The notes beneath the pieces are model-generated. The model was not told where the DNA came from. It saw only the letters and a list, made by a program, of their open reading frames with translations, and did not search any database. A DNA stretch of 64,000 bases, taken from assembly GCF_006345805.1 (NCBI RefSeq), contig NC_043019.1, positions 2,852,001-2,916,000 of the forward strand, given 5' to 3'. This DNA is from Octopus sinensis (lineage: Eukaryota). The position numbers and the translations under genes were made by a program. The stretch's first letter is position 1; every line of letters starts with the position of its first letter. This document shows, piece after piece, positions 62,316-64,000 of the stretch.

Positions 62316-63340
62316 CATTACTTTGAGTTAACCATGGCTTATCTCATAGCATCAAAATTTTGGTGATATGATTGTTTATTTTTAAAATGATATTAAAGGG
62401 TAAGTGTAAGAGGCCAGACCTGGCATTTTTAGACATGAAATTAGTAGAATATTTGTGGCTGGACATGGCTGGTTTAATGGATTAATTAAGGGATAATAAT
62501 AATATTCTCAATTAGTTTAAAAGTTCATTGCAAGTAATGAAAAACATGAACAAAACAGTAAAAAATATCTATGAAAAATATACGAAGAAGGCACAAAATT
62601 TTGCTGATGACTTAGCAGGCTGTTGGAATTAAATTTACTGGAGTGAAATGTGTAACAACTGTGTAAAATGTAATTAGTCATAGCTGAAATAGTACTTACT
62701 ACCCAATGTCGTCCACTATTGTTTCTACTTGACGTATGGTATTTCTGTATTTCAGTGTCCAATACATTCGACTTATTAATTCCGAAGGATTTAATTATCT
62801 TCTTTCATTTGTGATGTTTAATATTTGTAATGATTCACATAATGACTGGCATCTGGAGGCTAGTGGTGGTGGTGGTCGTGGTGGTTGTCGTGGTGGTGGT
62901 GGTGGAGTAGATGGATGTCCTTAAGTACTTCAGTGATTGACGGTCTAATAAACTACAACAGAGCTGTCATTCTCTACTTGTCAAATGACATGTCATTTTC
63001 TCTCAGTTTCAACATTTGAGTCAAAGTAACAACAACTACAACAACAGCAAGATTAGTTTCTGCCATTTCAAACACTGTGACTTGCAAAACAAAACATTGT
63101 TTCACTGATATTTATTGAAGAGATAAAGATTGCTCGCTGAACACTTACATTTAATTGTATGAATGATGTACCAGGTCATTTGTGAGCACTAATGGTAACA
63201 TCTAAGCCAACACAACCTACTGCATGGGTGGATTTGTGATGACTAAACTGGTAATACCACATCTCATGGCATCCTAATATGATTCCAGCCTCTGCTGCCT
63301 TGCAACTGGATGGGAAAATGAGGCCACTTGTCTTCTGCTG

Positions 63341-63713
63341 CTTTGTTTGTTGAGCGAAGCGGTCTTTGTCTCAGTAGTGGGAGAAGTCCGAAACGTGATC
63401 CTTTGCTATTCATTAGACCCGCAGAAGAGAAAGCAGGTCAACCCCTGACACCGAGAGCATCGACGGATAGATGAATGCACATCTAGGCTCAGCGTTTGCG
63501 TAGGAAGTCGGGGACAAGAAAAAGGAAGAAAGAGTGAGAGAAAGTTGGGGCGAAAGAGTACAACAGGGGTCACCACCACCCCCTGCCGGAGCCTTGTGGA
63601 GCTTTAGGTGTTTTCACCCAATAAACACACACAACGCCCCGGTCTGGGAATCGAAACCACGATCCCCCGACCGCGAGTCCGCTGCCCTGACCACTGGGCC
63701 ATTGCGCCTCCAC
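63341..63713 (-). mobile_element. SINE with a family E-type tRNA-Arg-like head and a different GC-rich body
   Basis: gtggaggcgcaatggcccagtggtcagggcagcggactcgcggtc head; body diverges after ctctcactcttt; (aaac)n tail. Confidence 0.8.
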
Positions 63714-63910
63714 TGTCTTCTGCTGCTCACCTTCAGTATAATCCATGTTCAATGTGAGTCAAAATTCAAAGTTCCTGAAACCATAATCAGATGATGTATC
63801 AGAGACAACTACGACGATGAAATTCCATCACTTTTGTAGTTTCATCTCCCAGTAGGTACTGTATATGTGGGGGTGGTCATGGATTTGGTTGTCTGCATAG
63901 TCATAACCTC

Positions 63911-63991
63911 CATTGCTGTGGTGTGTGAGAATGAAGTCATGGTCGTCTTTGAAAATAACCATGACCTTCACTCTCATACACCACAGCAATG
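63911..63991. other. 33-bp-stem hairpin with a 14-nt loop (pri-miRNA-like or MITE-derived)
   Basis: cattgctgtggtgtgtgagaatgaagtcatggt pairs with accatgaccttcactctcatacaccacagcaatg: one G.U, one A.C, one bulge on the + strand. Confidence 0.6.
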
Positions 63992-64000
63992 TCTATATTA

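Noticed and set aside
62595-62625. FADDL as a reverse-transcriptase motif
   Set aside because: No flanking RT motifs, and a stop follows within a few codons
63380-63480. HDV-like ribozyme in the variant SINE body
   Set aside because: One 7-bp hairpin followed by CUAA is present, but I could not assemble the nested P1/P2/P3 pseudoknot

Overview
AT-rich, microsatellite-dense eukaryotic DNA with no recognisable intact host gene. The SINE families and simple-repeat load look like an octopus (coleoid cephalopod) genome; this is recognition-based inference, not a database result. Most of the window is retroposon and transposon debris. It holds about 60 SINE copies in five window-defined families: A (tRNA head plus internal TA/TG microsatellite), B (tRNA head plus 'gcctttcatcc' core), C (modular, (GAT)n tail), D and E (tRNA-Arg-like head). 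It also has relics of R4/Dong, RTE, hAT, Tc1, mariner and pogo elements, and piggyBac-, hAT- and Merlin-like MITEs. Nearly all ORFs in the supplied track are microsatellite or SINE artefacts. The most interesting signal is a set of type I hammerhead-ribozyme-like motifs in short Penelope-like fragments that mostly abut (TA)n/(GA)n microsatellites. These include a three-element cluster at 8.2-9.0 kb, a 105-bp foldback carrying two divergent hammerheads at 21.2-21.5 kb, and a minimal hammerhead nested in a SINE at 50.0 kb. Several share non-canonical core features. Also notable: a PHD-like finger inside an RTE reverse-transcriptase region, a twin C2H2 LINE tail, and a pri-miRNA-like hairpin at 63.9 kb. 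Repeat boundaries are hand-read and approximate (about 10-20 bp) unless a TSD or TIR is quoted.
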